A DNA stretch of 64,000 nt from Porphyridium purpureum (GCA_008690995.1 VRMN01000001.1:1116001-1180000), one strand, 5' to 3'. Positions 1-11,422 are shown, counted from the stretch's first letter. Notes: generated from the letters alone by a model not told the origin. Program-made: numbers and translations.

Positions 1-764
1 TGGGACAAGGACCCTGAGAGAAGCGTGGAGAAAACCGCTCCTCGAGTCGACGGTCACCTCTGCCACTCCCAAAAGGCAACATTAGCTTCCGAGGAAGTCC
101 CTGTCACACAGCTTCACCGGCAGCTGTCAGTCGTCACCAACCAAGAACCAAGGGAAAATCGGCATGCCACTGGTTTTCGCTGCGCGAGCGCGCAACGGAT
201 GTGTTCTTTCGTTTCCACACGGCCGGGTCACTTTCCGTTTGTGCTGAAGATGGTAACTAGTTGACTGCCTCCCGATATCTGGATTGCTCCGTCACTAGTC
301 GCTGTGCGAACTGCCTTTCCAAACGCCGAAATGCACGGTTATCATGGAGGACAACACGCTGCCATTTTACGAGGCGGACGTGCTCGAGAGCAGGTAAACG
401 AAACACTTTGTGCAGCTGCCGATTGGATCGAGCTCCACGCTCACAAACGCTGGAAACAGCGGCGGGTTCCCTTCCACGAGCAGCCACGTCAACATTGGCT
501 TGTGCGGGTACCGATTGCCATTGTCCTCTCTGAGAAGCACGCAACGCACGCCTCGTCTGGATGGACGGATGTATGAACGGACGGACAGACAAACGTACAG
601 TGAACGTACAGTTTGCCCCATTAGCTTCTTGTTGCATCGAGATCGAAAGAGTGGACTTGCAACAAACCGACTGCAGCAGGTCGGGGTTGATGCCGATTCA
701 CGCATGTCTCACACACCGCGATACGCGCTGCGCAGACTTTCAGGCTTGATGAACGAGCGACGAA

Positions 765-2291
765 ATGAGTGCGTCGTTTGTATGGCACGGACTGTCTAGT
801 CGCGACAGGTGGGTTCGTGGAGACCAACGCTTGGGCGCGCGGTGCGCACACGAGCGCCTGGAAGCCACGAGGCCGCGGCTTGACACGCGCACGGTCAGCA
901 AGAGCGGCGCCTTGAGAAAGCGCGGCGTCGTATGTGAGCAGGATCGCAGGCTCGAGGAGGAGCTAGCAGACTTTTGCGCGAAAAATGGACTCACGCAGGG
1001 AGTCATGCCAACAGAACGCCAGCTGCGCGGCTTCCGCGCAGGAAAGGAGCTGATGACACAGGTGCGCGACCGCGGGGGCGCGGCGATCGTAGCACAGAGG
1101 CTGCGCTGGAGGTGGACCGTGCGAGACAAGGAGGTTTTTCCACACACTTTTGAGCAGCTACTGATTGAGCTACGCGCGCTCCTTGTGAACGAAATGAACA
1201 TGCCTGAGCCTCTGGACGGCCAGCTTTTTCCGTCCAAGAAGCATATTCGAAGCCTCAACTCATCCTTGGTCGCACGCATTGAGTCTCTTCCGGGTAGCTC
1301 TTCAGAAACGTGGAACAGATTGGCGAGTAGTTTGCAAATGCGCCGCTTTGGTCCGGTGGCCTGTTCGATAGTCGGGGCGTCGTCCGTTGCAGAAGACCAG
1401 CAGGAGGCGAAACAGAGAAGGAAGCCAGCTCAAGCTTTGCTCGCAAGTCGACAGCCTGCCGCGTTCCGGGCAGTCTTGTTCAACGTGTTGAAGCAGCATC
1501 CGCGGTGGGTGCTCCCTGAACACGTGGGGCAAGGGCACGTGCCGCACGGAAACATGCGTGTACTTCTACGACCGTCAGATATTAGACGTGCGAAATCGCG
1601 CGCTCTTTTAGTAGAGCTACACGCCTGCGGCTATGAGCAAATGGCCGATTCATTGCACATGATGTACCATCGAGACTTCAAGTATTTATTCAGATTGCTA
1701 TGGGTTATATGCGAGCTGTCGCGACTAGTCAGAAGAACTTCGCATGCCGAGCACAGTAACACAGAGAACCAAATACCAAACCTTACGGAGATCAAGCTGC
1801 GCGCGCCGTCGGGTGCGCGGCTGGTTGCAGAGTTGAAGCGGCTGGGAGGTATCCGTTCCGTCTGTGCACGACTCGGGCTCCATTCCTCGCTGGAGATCAG
1901 AGAGCCCTCACGTGGTGGCTCATCCGGTTCTTGTGCCTCGTCTTTACATTGGGGACCACTGGGCCTCGATCTTGGGCGCGACATTCTCGTTGCGTCGCTG
2001 CGTTTCGCGCCGATCAGCGACGGGCTACCGCACATGCTGACGAGCGCGGCGCTTCGAAAAGTGGGCCAGAACGTCTTGGCTGACTCCGTGGACCGGAATT
2101 TCGGGTCTGCCGCGGCGCTGTACGACGTGGCGCCACGTCTGGGCCTGACGTTTCCGACCGACCAGGTGGTGCTCGACACCGACCCATGGATGGACGCCGC
2201 TATCGAGCGCTTGCTGCTAGGCACCGAAGGTACAGCGGCCCCTGTGGGAGGTACAGTCCAGCAAGGATGTGCGTTCACGGCGACGAGTTAG
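765..2291 (+). CDS. Hypothetical, probably plastid-targeted protein with about 5 degenerate 'MP..+LR...L...+..GG...VA..LGL' repeats
   Basis: 508-aa ATG ORF; N-terminus MSASFVW resembles a red-algal transit peptide; repeats such as GVMPTERQLRGFRAGKELMTQVRDRGGAAIVAQRL and QIPNLTEIKLRAPSGARLVAELKRLGGIRSVCARLGL. Confidence 0.7.
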   Translation: MSASFVWHGLSSRDRWVRGDQRLGARCAHERLEATRPRLDTRTVSKSGALRKRGVVCEQDRRLEEELADFCAKNGLTQGVMPTERQLRGFRAGKELMTQVRDRGGAAIVAQRLRWRWTVRDKEVFPHTFEQLLIELRALLVNEMNMPEPLDGQLFPSKKHIRSLNSSLVARIESLPGSSSETWNRLASSLQMRRFGPVACSIVGASSVAEDQQEAKQRRKPAQALLASRQPAAFRAVLFNVLKQHPRWVLPEHVGQGHVPHGNMRVLLRPSDIRRAKSRALLVELHACGYEQMADSLHMMYHRDFKYLFRLLWVICELSRLVRRTSHAEHSNTENQIPNLTEIKLRAPSGARLVAELKRLGGIRSVCARLGLHSSLEIREPSRGGSSGSCASSLHWGPLGLDLGRDILVASLRFAPISDGLPHMLTSAALRKVGQNVLADSVDRNFGSAAALYDVAPRLGLTFPTDQVVLDTDPWMDAAIERLLLGTEGTAAPVGGTVQQGCAFTATS

Positions 2292-2369
2292 CGGTCGTGG
2301 GCGCGTTTTAACGTGGCGGTTGGTGGAGGCGCGGTGGCGGGGGCTTCGGTGGTGCGTCAAGACAAGAAC

Positions 2370-3299
2370 ATGGGTGGGGCAGGAGGAGATTCGAAGCGAA
2401 GCAGCGGCTCGGCCGGGCCGCGGGTGGCAGGCTCAACAGTGGCCGGGGTCGTGGAGCTGTTTGGCTTCCACCCCATCGACACCATTGCCAAGCGCCTCAT
2501 GAACAACCCAAACAAGATCCTGTCCAAAGCAGATCTGAACGGCGTGTTGTTCAAGAGTGCCGCAGACAAGCCGGCGCTGCAGAAATGGATGTCGCTCTTC
2601 CCAGGGCTTGGGTTTGCCGCCGGGTACAAGATCCTGCAGCGTGTGTACAAATTTGGCGGACAGCCATTTGTAAATGACTACCTGAATGGCGACTGGAAGG
2701 GCTGGTTCGTAAGTACGTTTGGGGAGAAGCACGCCAAATCAATGATGCACGCCGTGTCAGGATCACTGGTCGGCGCGGGTGAGATCATTCTGCTTCCGCT
2801 GGATGTGCTGAAAATCAAGAGCCAGGCAAATCCAGAGGTACTGAGAGGACGTGGTATTGTTGAAATTTTGAGAACTGAGAAGATATCGGGGTTATACCGA
2901 GGAGCTGGCTGGACAGCGGCTCGCAATGTGCCAGGATCTTTTGCTTTATTCGGTGCGTCCGCTCTCGTCAAAGATCAAGTGTTTGCCATCCAGGATTATC
3001 GGGATGCCACATTTGCGCAAAACTTTGTGGCGTCGATCGCCGGTGGTGTGGCGTCTATCGCCATTTCTAGCCCTCTTGATGTCGTCAAGACCCGCATCCA
3101 GACTCGCGACTTTAGCTCAACCGAGACGGGCTGGAGCATCATGAAGGAAATGGTCAAAAAAGAGGGTTTTGGCGCCTTTTTCAAGGGATTGGTTCCCAAG
3201 TTGCTTGTCGTAGGCCCGAAGCTTATCTTTTCATTCACAATTGCCCAGCAGTCAATTGCTTACTTTGAAAAACGCTTCGCAACAGAGGCGACGGCCTGA
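2370..3299 (+). CDS. GGC1: Mitochondrial GTP/GDP carrier (SLC25 family, Ggc1/Yhm1-like)
   Basis: Three Px[DE]xxKxR-type motifs (HPIDTIAKRL, LPLDVLKIK, SPLDVVKTRIQ); LFPGLGFAAGYKILQRVYKFGGQPF and WTAARNVPGSFALFG closely match yeast Ggc1 as recalled; first ATG at 2370. Confidence 0.92.
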   Translation: MGGAGGDSKRSSGSAGPRVAGSTVAGVVELFGFHPIDTIAKRLMNNPNKILSKADLNGVLFKSAADKPALQKWMSLFPGLGFAAGYKILQRVYKFGGQPFVNDYLNGDWKGWFVSTFGEKHAKSMMHAVSGSLVGAGEIILLPLDVLKIKSQANPEVLRGRGIVEILRTEKISGLYRGAGWTAARNVPGSFALFGASALVKDQVFAIQDYRDATFAQNFVASIAGGVASIAISSPLDVVKTRIQTRDFSSTETGWSIMKEMVKKEGFGAFFKGLVPKLLVVGPKLIFSFTIAQQSIAYFEKRFATEATA

Positions 3300-3990
3300 G
3301 TCTAAGATGCCGCAGTTAGGAGGACTCTCGCCGCAGTCACGTCTGCTTTTAGCGGCTCCGATTCAAAAGACAAGCTGGTCCTACCCTACGGCAGGCTCTC
3401 GCTGCATTGATACTTTAGGCTGGGCATTGGCAGCTGTACAGGAACATGGGAGAGGACGTGCTGTCTCTCGCCTCGAAACTGTTGTTTGCCTGGGGACGTT
3501 GGCTCCGGAAACAGAAGACAAACGTGATTTGCATCTGGTCGAGCTGCATCGAATCGAGTAAGTGTGTCCTGGCTGCAGACGGAAAGAGAGAGAAAAAGAA
3601 AGCAAATTGCGAGAAAAGAAAAGATTGAAGAAAGGCAATCAGACATCATCTCGTGCACCAATGTGTCATGTTCCTCCCTCTCAGTTCTGCTTTTACAACA
3701 CAGGTCGCCTTGTTTTGACCAGACCTCCATGTCCGCCAGGTTGTAAGCATCATTCTTGGCGTTGGATATTCGCGGCGCTGGTCCAGACTCGCAAGTCAGC
3801 GCGAGCTCGATCCACATTGTACAAACCCGGCATTTGGGCAAAACCGAATGCAAGTCTCATGTGGCTCCACACGCCGCCACCGTCCGCGACCGTCGTAAGC
3901 GTGTGTCTCGCCTGGGTCAGCATCAGGCGGACATCCGCGGGCAGTACACGGGGTATGCGGAGGATTTGGGATACGCATTCATGTTCGATG

Positions 3991-4040
3991 CAAACTTCTG
4001 CAAACTTCTGCAAACTTCTGCAAACTTCTCCAAATGTCTG
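3991..4040. repeat. 10-bp tandem repeat CAAACTTCTG (3 perfect + 2 degenerate copies)
   Basis: caaacttctg x3, caaacttctc, caaatgtctg read directly. Confidence 0.9.
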
Positions 4041-7000
4041 CAAAAATGCGCGAGGTAGAGGTTGGGGCTCACATGAGCGCGCGAGGTTTATCAGATAAGA
4101 CTTCACGCAAGTGCGTGGGAGAGTGTTGCAACGAATCTCGTCCTCTTCCACCAAGCACATCATCTCGTCCATACCATCGATGCAATTTCCCTTCTCCAGA
4201 CCATTCGTCTCTTTCCACTTGGCGCCCGCACTCACAGTGATTTGGGACTTGCAGCTGGTGTTTTGAGTAGGCTTGGGAGTTAGCGCCAGTCTCACCGTAC
4301 TCGGACCATTAATGCACGGCCACTACGCAAACTCGTGTGCGCTGATCAGTGAGGAATTTGAAGGCACCATGATGAAGCACCTGTTGGGCGTTAATCCGGC
4401 ACAAATGTAAATAGTTTTGGGTAGAATTGTCCCCGTGCAGTTTCGTTTTTCAACATACGCATTCGAGAACTGAGACGCAGTATTATACATGCCTGACATA
4501 ACACCGACCGTTCGGGATATTGCAGCGCACACATATTCACTATTGTGTGGCGCGCGCGCGCATCGTCGTGCGATTCATATCGGCTACCAGTTTCGGGTGC
4601 AGAGCACATGCTGGATATCGTACTTATGAAAGATGAGGCTTGGCATGCAGAGCTCTGGAGGATCAAATTTGACGTGATCTGAGCGAACTGACGGATTCTG
4701 AACAGGTACCTTTTTAGCGTATGGCGCACGTGTAGGCTTCGATGTGCCTCCCTCGAGGCCGCATTAAAATCTATGGCATCACAATTGCAGTCTATTTCCG
4801 AATGAGCCATCACTTGTACACAACGTACAGGTCACCGAGTTTTAGAATCGTAGGCTTGAGCGACAAGACCACATTGAGCGAGTCTGAATCAATCCACATC
4901 AAGTTTGAGCAGTTCTCAAGGGCCAAAGCGACGGAATTGAAAGCATCCGATCATCCGTTCGTGTTTTGGATGCGAACAAACGACGATTCCTAAACGCGGA
5001 TCGCAGGTCGGGCCAGGGCAAATAGTGTTACCGTAGCAAACCACGTGGCCTTCAACGGACTCTTCTTTATGACCGTTCTCATGCCAAGCTGTCCAGCTTG
5101 TTAAGAAAACAGCCCAAGTCAGATGCACGTCTCCAGCTCAGTCAAGTTCCCTTGCTTCGTAAACTTTTTGGACCCTTGCAACTTGGACGGCAATGCCTTT
5201 CGAATAGACCAGGGACCGTGAAGGCATCAAGCTCAGAGTGCAAGTCCAGATCATCACATCACACCTTCAACCGACACGATTTCGGCTGAACGTCAAGCCA
5301 CGGAGCCGTGCTCGCCAGGCATGGCAGCTGGTGTCAGCTCATCCGAACGCTGTCGTTTGTGCTGCTCTTCTTGCTCGAGACAGCAACTCATTCCACACGC
5401 CTCTACGAGTCACGCGCCCGTCGCCTACACATGGTCCTTCCCTATGAAATTCACGCGGTGCCGCATTCCTTTGCAATTCGTCTACTCCACTCAAAATGGC
5501 ATCCTTTCAGTAGACTTGAAATGCGGGAAGGCGGTCATTGGCATTCACAATAAACCGTTGAACCGATGCGCCGGTTCACTCCGCAGTCGCTCTGAACCGA
5601 ACGGTCAATTGAATTTTCCGGATGCTGGTCATGTTGACAAAAAAAGTGGGCTTGTTTGACCGTGCGCTCAGTGTTGGTAAAATGGGCGCCTTTTAGCATG
5701 GAATACCACGCAGGCAGTTGATGACTTGTTATCGGTTCAAGTGGTAGACGCCCTCGCACGGCGTGCAGCAGCAGCAGGACCAGGGAGTATCCTTGGACAA
5801 TGCAGAAGCAGCGCATGTATCCGAAGCGAGCCGAGGGGAAGGCTTTGACCCACAATCCTGAAGGGGCTGCTCAGTTTGCAGTGAGACAAGAAATATTTCC
5901 GAAAGAATTTGGCTGCAATCGAGACAGAGCGCTGCCCAAAGTGGTCGAGTTCGGGAATTCACGCTTTGGATATTGATGCTGCGCATGACAGAAAGGCAGT
6001 GGCTTCGTATTTTGTGATATCACTTTACCTTGTGCAGTAAACTGCCGCTTTCGCACGTGTTTTGCATTTCGACTTTGTGGGTTGAAAGGGTGAGCCTCAG
6101 ACGGGAAACGACGTCGGCGGACAACGACAGGCTGTGTACGATATACATTCTAAATTATGCGCATGACGTCTTGGGAGTTCATTTTCAAAACAAGGATTCT
6201 AGCCATCCTGGGACCTAGGGATCATCGTGGAATAGGACAAATGCAAATATGATTTGGAGCTTCACCTTCGCGGCCCGTTGGTGCAAGGAGTTCAGAAGCT
6301 ACAAGAAGCCCAACTTATGTCTATCAGCAGGGTTCTGCGTAAAGTGTGCTGGATTAGAACAGGGAGACGCTGCTGCCAGTGATCGAGCAGCATGAGATCG
6401 CAGGCTTAGTGACAAACACCGGTTGCTTTGACGTACCCAAAGTTCCTGAGCTGCAAAAGGATCACGCACAAACGCTCGACCAAGAATCCTTTCATGAGAG
6501 TGCTTGCAAATAAAAGTGCGGGAAACTGGAGGGCCCAGAAAGATGCAGTTCCATACTGCATGAACAGGTTGCTTCGTAGACGAGCACAGTCCGAGTCCAT
6601 CTGGCGCCGTGGGCGAGAGAGCGTCGCGCGGGATGCGCGCTTCGGCATCGTGAGATAACGGTATCGGTGGGGTCAGTCAAGGATTGAACTGACCTGGAAA
6701 ACGAGATCTTTGCGACTGACGAGCCAAGCCGCGATAACTCGAGCTCTGCCACGCATCGCACTGTCCCACTGTCCCATTGTTCTGGCGCTTCAACACGAGT
6801 GGGCGCTCCCATCCAGCCAGAAACGAACGTGTGCAAACCAGGCCAGCTTTTGATAATACGATCTGTTTTTAAATCACGCCGTGCGCTCTGTCCCTCGGCG
6901 GCCATCCCCATTCTTATGCGGATAAGAGATACAAGGATGATGACGAAACGGTCGACACTCGACACACAGATAGTAAAACGGTGTTCCTTTGTTGTGGTGC

Positions 7001-7188
7001 CCACTCGACATCTCAGTTCAGCGCGGTGGACTAGTCCAGGGTTTCTGGAGTGCTGGTGTGTTACTGTACCTGTGGCTTGGTGGAAGTACAGTGCGAGATT
7101 TCGTGCATTGAGGACGCGGCGGCGCGAAGGTTGGAGGGAAGAGCGCGAGGTTGCAGCTTCGATGAGGGCAGGAATCATGGGCATGAGA

Positions 7189-7950
7189 ATGGCATTTGTT
7201 TCGGTCACGACTGGTGGTTTTGGACTGGGAGCTCCGCTGCGCGCGGCGGTGCCAGAGCTCTGCTCATCGGTAGGCGCTGTGCGGAACGTGCCGCTCTCGC
7301 GGGAGGTATGGCGATCGCGACGCTGCGGGCATGTGGGAGCTTTTCCTGGCGCGACTCGCGAAGGCGCGGGAAGGATGCGCATGTCATCGTTGGAGGATGG
7401 CTCGGCAGCGCTCGAAACAGCTGCGGGCAATGAAGGCGAGTCGCTACCGCTCACGGAATTGTCGCGGCTGGAAATTCGCGTCGGCAAGATAATCAAGTGT
7501 GAGAAGCATCCGGAAGCGGATTCGCTGTATGTCGAAGAGGTGGATGTAGGTGACGAAAGCGGCGCGCGCGTGATTGTGTCCGGGCTTGTCAGCTTCGTGC
7601 CCCTTGAGGAGATGGTCGACCGCACTGTGATTGTGTTGTGCAATCTCAAACCACGCAACATGCGCGGCATCTCCTCACACGGAATGCTCCTGTGTGCGAG
7701 CAATGAAGATCACTCCCAAGTGGACCCACTTACCGCACCAGAAGGTGTGCCGATCGGCGCGCTCGTCACCTTTGAAGGACACCGCTCAGAGCCGGCCCCC
7801 GCGGGAAACCGCGCCAGTAAGGCATTCGACAAGGTCGCCAAGAGCTTGCGCACCGACGCCACTGGCGTTGCCATGTTTGAGCAGGTTCCTTTCGCGACAC
7901 CGTCTGGTCCTTGCTTCTCTCCTAAAAAACTCGTCGGTCCAGTGTCTTAG
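7189..7950 (+). CDS. Stand-alone tRNA-binding OB-fold protein (EMAP-II/Arc1p/MetRS C-terminal-like) with probable plastid transit peptide
   Basis: LEIRVGKIIKCEKHPEADSLYVEEVDVG...IVSGL...LCNLKPRNMRGISSHGMLLCAS; MAFVS start at 7189 (alternative in-frame ATGs at 7162, 7177, 7183). Confidence 0.88.
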   Translation: MAFVSVTTGGFGLGAPLRAAVPELCSSVGAVRNVPLSREVWRSRRCGHVGAFPGATREGAGRMRMSSLEDGSAALETAAGNEGESLPLTELSRLEIRVGKIIKCEKHPEADSLYVEEVDVGDESGARVIVSGLVSFVPLEEMVDRTVIVLCNLKPRNMRGISSHGMLLCASNEDHSQVDPLTAPEGVPIGALVTFEGHRSEPAPAGNRASKAFDKVAKSLRTDATGVAMFEQVPFATPSGPCFSPKKLVGPVS

Positions 7951-8026
7951 CTGAAGAAAAAAGTAAAGCAGAGAGACAACGAGGGGCAGGTGCTTTCGCA
8001 GACACGCCGCGGCAGAACGCCGTAGG

Positions 8027-8863
8027 ATGGCGACGACAGCGACGGCACCGAATGCAGCGGGAGTGCACTGGCACGCGGAAGATGGCGATGTGGTGTTTCC
8101 GGGCGACGTGCTGATGACCATACCAGAGTCCGAGGGGCTAGTGGTGCGCGTCGGTCGAGGCGTGACGCGCCGCGGCTCGAAAGCGCGCGAGCATGCAGAT
8201 TCGCATGAGATGGTGGCGTTATACGCGGGCACGGTCCGCGTGGATGCAGGGCGCAACAAGGTGTGGGTGGATTGTGATCATGCGAAGCGGTATATGCCGA
8301 GCGTGGACGACCTGGTGGTAGGAGTTGTGGCAGACCGTTTTGCGGACGGGTATCGCGTCGATATTGGGGGGGCCGAAACGGCGCTCTTGGGCGCCCTGGA
8401 GTTTCAAGGTGCCACCAAGAGAAACAGACCCTCGCTCAAGGTCGGCGATGTAGTGTACGCACGTGTGACAGTCGCGCATCGCATGATGGAGCCTGAAATT
8501 TCCTGTATTCTGCCTGGAAGCAACAAGTCATGGCTGTCCGGCGAGTCTGAACTCGGGCCCTTGCAGAGCGAAGCAACATCTATGTTCGTTGACGTATCGC
8601 TTGGATATGCGCGTTATCTGCTGACTTTGACGAATGGTGATGCCATGGACAGTTTGAACAGTGCGGGAGATACCCGCAGCGTTATATCGCTTCTCTCTCA
8701 GAAATTGAATTTTGAGCTCGCGGTCGGAGTGAATGGCCGTGTATGGATCCGAACGAATGATCCACAGCACACCATTCTTATCGCGCTAACGGTTCAAAAT
8801 GCACAACACCTGCGTATCCCGCAACAGATCGAGCTCGCCCAGCGCGCGATAGCTACCCTGTGA
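8027..8863 (+). CDS. RRP40: Exosome complex component RRP40 (EXOSC3)
   Basis: KRYMPSVDDLVVGVV, YRVDIGG...FQGATKRNRPSLKVGDVVYARV (S1 domain), FELAVGVNGRVWI (KH domain). Confidence 0.93.
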   Translation: MATTATAPNAAGVHWHAEDGDVVFPGDVLMTIPESEGLVVRVGRGVTRRGSKAREHADSHEMVALYAGTVRVDAGRNKVWVDCDHAKRYMPSVDDLVVGVVADRFADGYRVDIGGAETALLGALEFQGATKRNRPSLKVGDVVYARVTVAHRMMEPEISCILPGSNKSWLSGESELGPLQSEATSMFVDVSLGYARYLLTLTNGDAMDSLNSAGDTRSVISLLSQKLNFELAVGVNGRVWIRTNDPQHTILIALTVQNAQHLRIPQQIELAQRAIATL

Positions 8864-9516
8864 GGAACGGATGTCGTACTGTAATTCATTCCTTGGGTAT
8901 GTCGGACTTTGCACAGAGCGTGATCAGATCCTCGAATATGGTCCCATCTCTTTGTTGCCATACCACTGCTCGGAGAAGCTCGAGACATGCACACAGCTTT
9001 GTACAGCGCACAGGATTTAGACTTAGAAATCCTTCATGACCCGTCTCACGCACTTACTGGCTAACGTTAGTGCGTGAGAGCATCTTTGTCAATTCTGTGG
9101 ACCATGGTCTGTCATGCCAGACTTCCTCGTTTTCCCTTTGGCGTCAGAGCTCACCAGCAGTCTCAACGACTGAAACCTTGCCACGCGTAGCACTCAAATA
9201 CGTGTGCGGATTGGCGGGCTCGGATACCATTATGCGGGAGCGTTTGCATTTTTTGTGGTCATACCGATCGGACATCCTGGGAAACGGCTGGCACCAAGCC
9301 GACAGGCTGCGAAAAGGTCATGGACCGCCAATAACCCCGTAAGTAAAGCGAGACAAGAAATGGATAACCACTCTAGACATGATTGTACACGTAAACCGCG
9401 TTTCGCATCGTCTCTATCCCATGAAGTCACAAATGTTCATGCTCCCTTTTACACATGTGTGTGCACTAGACATCGCGCAAACTACGAACACATTGATAAC
9501 AGACTGACTTTCGGGA

Positions 9517-10695
9517 ATGGAGCATTGCGCTTTCACCGTTCTGCTGCCTGTCTCTCTTGAGGAAGGCAGGCGAGCGATTCCTTGTCCGCCGAAACATGTT
9601 TCTCTTTGCGCGCGGCGGTTTCCACGCCGCTCAGTGAAAGCGCTCGTGGCTTGCCAGGCGCAAAGATGTGTCACGACTCCCGGGCGTTTTCACTGGAATG
9701 AGTATGGTCGTAAAAGCGGGAACTTGGAGCTCGACCCTCAGATTGTGCATTACGAAACCAGCGTGCACGATGGGCGGACCGACGCGCACCAACAGGAGGG
9801 CGTGCCACGCGTTCTCCTGATCCACGGGTTTGGAGCAAACACGACGTGCTGGCGGGCCACGGTACCGGCGCTCACCTGTGCTGGATACGAGGTGGTCGCA
9901 GTCGATCTGCTCGGCTTTGGTCAATCAGATAAGCCCGTGGGGCCTGTGCCGTACTCGATCGAGCTGTGGGCTCAGCTCGTTTTGGACTTGGTGGCTTATT
10001 TGGATCAAGAGCGTCCGAATCACGGATGGGTTTTGGCTGGCAACAGCATAGGATCGTTGACCGCCCTACAGGCTGCCACTTACGTGTTGTGCGATGGACA
10101 GGACGCCAGCAGCCAACCGAATGTGACGTCATCCTCCATCTGGATTCGAGGTCTGGTACTATTCAATTGTGCCGGTGGGCTCGTGAGTTTCCGCAGCGAA
10201 GACCTTTCTGCGCCGCTTGCATTTTTGTGGAAGACGTTTCGGGGCGCACTCTTTAATGACGTGGTTGGCAACTTGTTCTTCGAGCGCTTTCGCAGCCCGT
10301 CCAACATTCGCTCGGTCCTGCTGCAGGTATACAGGAATCACACCCGCGTTGACGACGAATTAGTTTCCAGTATCTTCATGCCCAGCGAGCACCCAAACGC
10401 TAGCCGGGTATTTTTGCAGGTTTTGAACGCTGAGGCCGGCCCACGACCATCCGACCTGCTGCGAGCACTCGATGCGGCGGAACAGAAAGTGCCGATTTGT
10501 GTAATCTGGGGTTCTGAAGACCCATGGACGCCGCTTGTCGGGGGCTTCTTTCCGGGTGAAAAGTATCCCGAGTGGAATTCTCGCTTAGAGCTCTCCGTTG
10601 TGCCTAACTGTGGCCACCTGCCCATGGATGATGACCCGGAAACAGTCAATCCTCTCATGCTCAGCTGGTTCGCGAAGCAGTTCGCAATGAAATAG
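9517..10695 (+). CDS. Alpha/beta hydrolase fold protein (pheophytinase-like clan), probably plastid
   Basis: LLIHGFGA, VDLLGFGQSDKP, nucleophile GNSIGS, IWGSEDPW, CGHLPMDDDPE. Confidence 0.88.
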   Translation: MEHCAFTVLLPVSLEEGRRAIPCPPKHVSLCARRFPRRSVKALVACQAQRCVTTPGRFHWNEYGRKSGNLELDPQIVHYETSVHDGRTDAHQQEGVPRVLLIHGFGANTTCWRATVPALTCAGYEVVAVDLLGFGQSDKPVGPVPYSIELWAQLVLDLVAYLDQERPNHGWVLAGNSIGSLTALQAATYVLCDGQDASSQPNVTSSSIWIRGLVLFNCAGGLVSFRSEDLSAPLAFLWKTFRGALFNDVVGNLFFERFRSPSNIRSVLLQVYRNHTRVDDELVSSIFMPSEHPNASRVFLQVLNAEAGPRPSDLLRALDAAEQKVPICVIWGSEDPWTPLVGGFFPGEKYPEWNSRLELSVVPNCGHLPMDDDPETVNPLMLSWFAKQFAMK

Positions 10696-11422
10696 GCCCT
10701 TCCTCGCGAAGCGAATCCGGTGCCTGAATTCTGCGGGTTTTGAGGCGGCTGTAGAAAGGTCTCGAGGTCAAGATGACGCTGGTGACATGGTTAGAGCTGA
10801 CCGCGCAGGCTCCGGTCCAAACGGCTTTGAAAAAGAAGGGCGCGCACCCAGACGCACAGCCCAACGTTTCATATCCTCGTGAACCTGAAAAAATTGAAGG
10901 GATTCAAGAATCTGAAAGATATGTTAGGAAGCTATGCCAAATGCTGAAAACTCATAAACCAACAGCTGTCGCCTTCCAACTCGTCAGACGGGTCCACGAC
11001 GTGTATGGGTTGCCCTGACGTCAAACGGTATGCAATATGACATTCTTGTGCGTTATGAACGGACGCTATTCATCGGACGAAGACGAAAAATGCGTAGAAT
11101 TCAAAACAGCGCAGTCCCCACTTAGACCATCAAAAGCACCTGGCCCGGCGTCAGAACAAAAGCTTCCGAAATACGCGAAGAGGTAATCGGTGCATTGACT
11201 TTTCTTCTCAGAAAACGTGTGCGGCGTGCAGAGCACTTCCATCTCCTTTGCAAAGCTCCACTTGCTTGTGAAATCGTGACGGAGCAACACCTCATTCCAT
11301 CTGTGAGACGTCAGCTGATGAACCGTTTCTGTGCAATTCGCGGAGCCGATAAACCGAATTTTGATGCATGCTCGGCCGGCGGTGGACACAGGAAGTTTTG
11401 GAGCGACCAAGAACGTGTGAAC

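Noticed and set aside
3307..3563. Possible exon ending at GTAAGT (3558)
   Set aside because: ATG is only 7 nt after the GGC1 stop; no clear branch point or recognisable product
3991..4040. CRISPR-like or telomeric array
   Set aside because: Contiguous 10-bp units with no spacers; short, internal and not G-rich
6492..7703. 403-aa minus-strand ORF, and the N-terminal extension of ORF 6799
   Set aside because: Antisense to the tRNA-binding gene; the extension starts at a non-ATG codon and covers promoter motifs
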